Source: an uncultured Methanolobus sp.
GTDB lineage: Archaea > Halobacteriota > Methanosarcinia > Methanosarcinales > Methanosarcinaceae
Length of the DNA: 64,000 nt
Reading direction: 5' to 3'
NCBI GenBank assembly: GCA_963675495.1
Contig: OY776215.1
Location: forward strand, 96,001-160,000
Part shown: in pieces, positions 63,526 through 64,000 of the stretch
Layout of the letters: each line of letters opens with the position of its first letter
Position numbering within the stretch: position 1 is the stretch's first letter
The notes under the pieces: model-generated
Told to the model about the DNA's origin: nothing
Databases searched by the model: none
Seen by the model: only the letters and a program-made list of their open reading frames with translations
Position numbers and translations under genes: made by a program

Positions 63526-64000
63526 ATGAAATTATTGAATATTTTGATATGTTTGCTAGTTGCAACATGTTTACTCTTGTCAGGCTGTGCAGAACAAGCC
63601 CAAGAAGAAAGTATGGAAACTGAAGAAATGGTAACTGAAGAGATGGAGACCGAAGAGGAAGAAGAAGTAGAAATGAACATTGTTGAGACAGCAGTCGCTG
63701 CAGGTTCGTTTGATACTCTGGTAACCGCAGTTCAGGCAGCTGGACTTGCTGAAACCTTAAGCGGAGAAGGACCATTTACAGTTTTTGCACCAACCGATGA
63801 AGCATTTGCCGCATTACCTGAAGGCACACTTGATGGATTGCTGGAAGATGAGGAAGCACTTGCATCCGTACTTACATACCATGTGGTCGCAGGAAAAGCA
63901 ATGTCAGGTGATCTGTCAGATATGATGGTACTTGAAACCGTACAGGGTGAAGAAGTTACTATATATATAACCGATGGAAATGTAATGGTCAATGATGCAA
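63526..64000 (+). CDS. Fasciclin (FAS1) domain lipoprotein, 3' end outside window
   Basis: GGAGG RBS, lipobox [38 protein letters not shown]. Confidence 0.92.
   Translation, partial: MKLLNILICLLVATCLLLSGCAEQAQEESMETEEMVTEEMETEEEEEVEMNIVETAVAAGSFDTLVTAVQAAGLAETLSGEGPFTVFAPTDEAFAALPEGTLDGLLEDEEALASVLTYHVVAGKAMSGDLSDMMVLETVQGEEVTIYITDGNVMVNDA

Noticed and set aside
1-64000. CRISPR array
   Set aside because: No regularly spaced 25-40-nt repeats were seen, including around the Cas1-like fragment
1-64000. Pyrrolysine amber read-through genes
   Set aside because: The TAG stops I checked fall at natural protein ends; no gene was seen split by an in-frame TAG (not exhaustively tested)

Overview
Methanogenic archaeal chromosome segment, most consistent with Methanosarcinaceae (Methanolobus-like; inferred from gene content, not from a search). 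Positions 1-31.1 kb are a core region: ftsZ (5' truncated), a dihydropteroate-synthase-like gene, a REC-PAS-histidine kinase, mch, tRNA-modification genes, a cobamide cluster (two cobD paralogs, cbiB, cobZ, cobS, cobY), ileS, mptE, a helicase, Lsm, a TFE-beta/C34-like factor and tRNA-Glu(TTC). After the tRNA the window is a mosaic accessory region (RhlE-like helicase, lrgAB, ppsA, FEN-1, Tex, serpin, PGF-CTERM protein, KAP NTPase, ilvB, gamma-carbonic anhydrase, RNase III) with MITE-like repeats and relics of Cas1, integrase, UvrD and terminase. Best candidate for an undescribed system: an unannotated 22-codon Val-rich leader peptide (MSYPTSTRTLRNVSVVVVVLHA, 55817-55885) with mutually exclusive RNA pairings and a U-tract directly upstream of acetolactate synthase, which looks like a bacterial-style ilv attenuator in an archaeon. 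Other strong candidates: a ~250-nt structured ncRNA ending in ACCA (43533-43781), a KAP NTPase fused to a captured copy of the host TFE-beta-like winged helix, and MITEs with a conserved G-quadruplex motif. All calls come from reading the sequence and the ORF track; no searches or folding programs were run.
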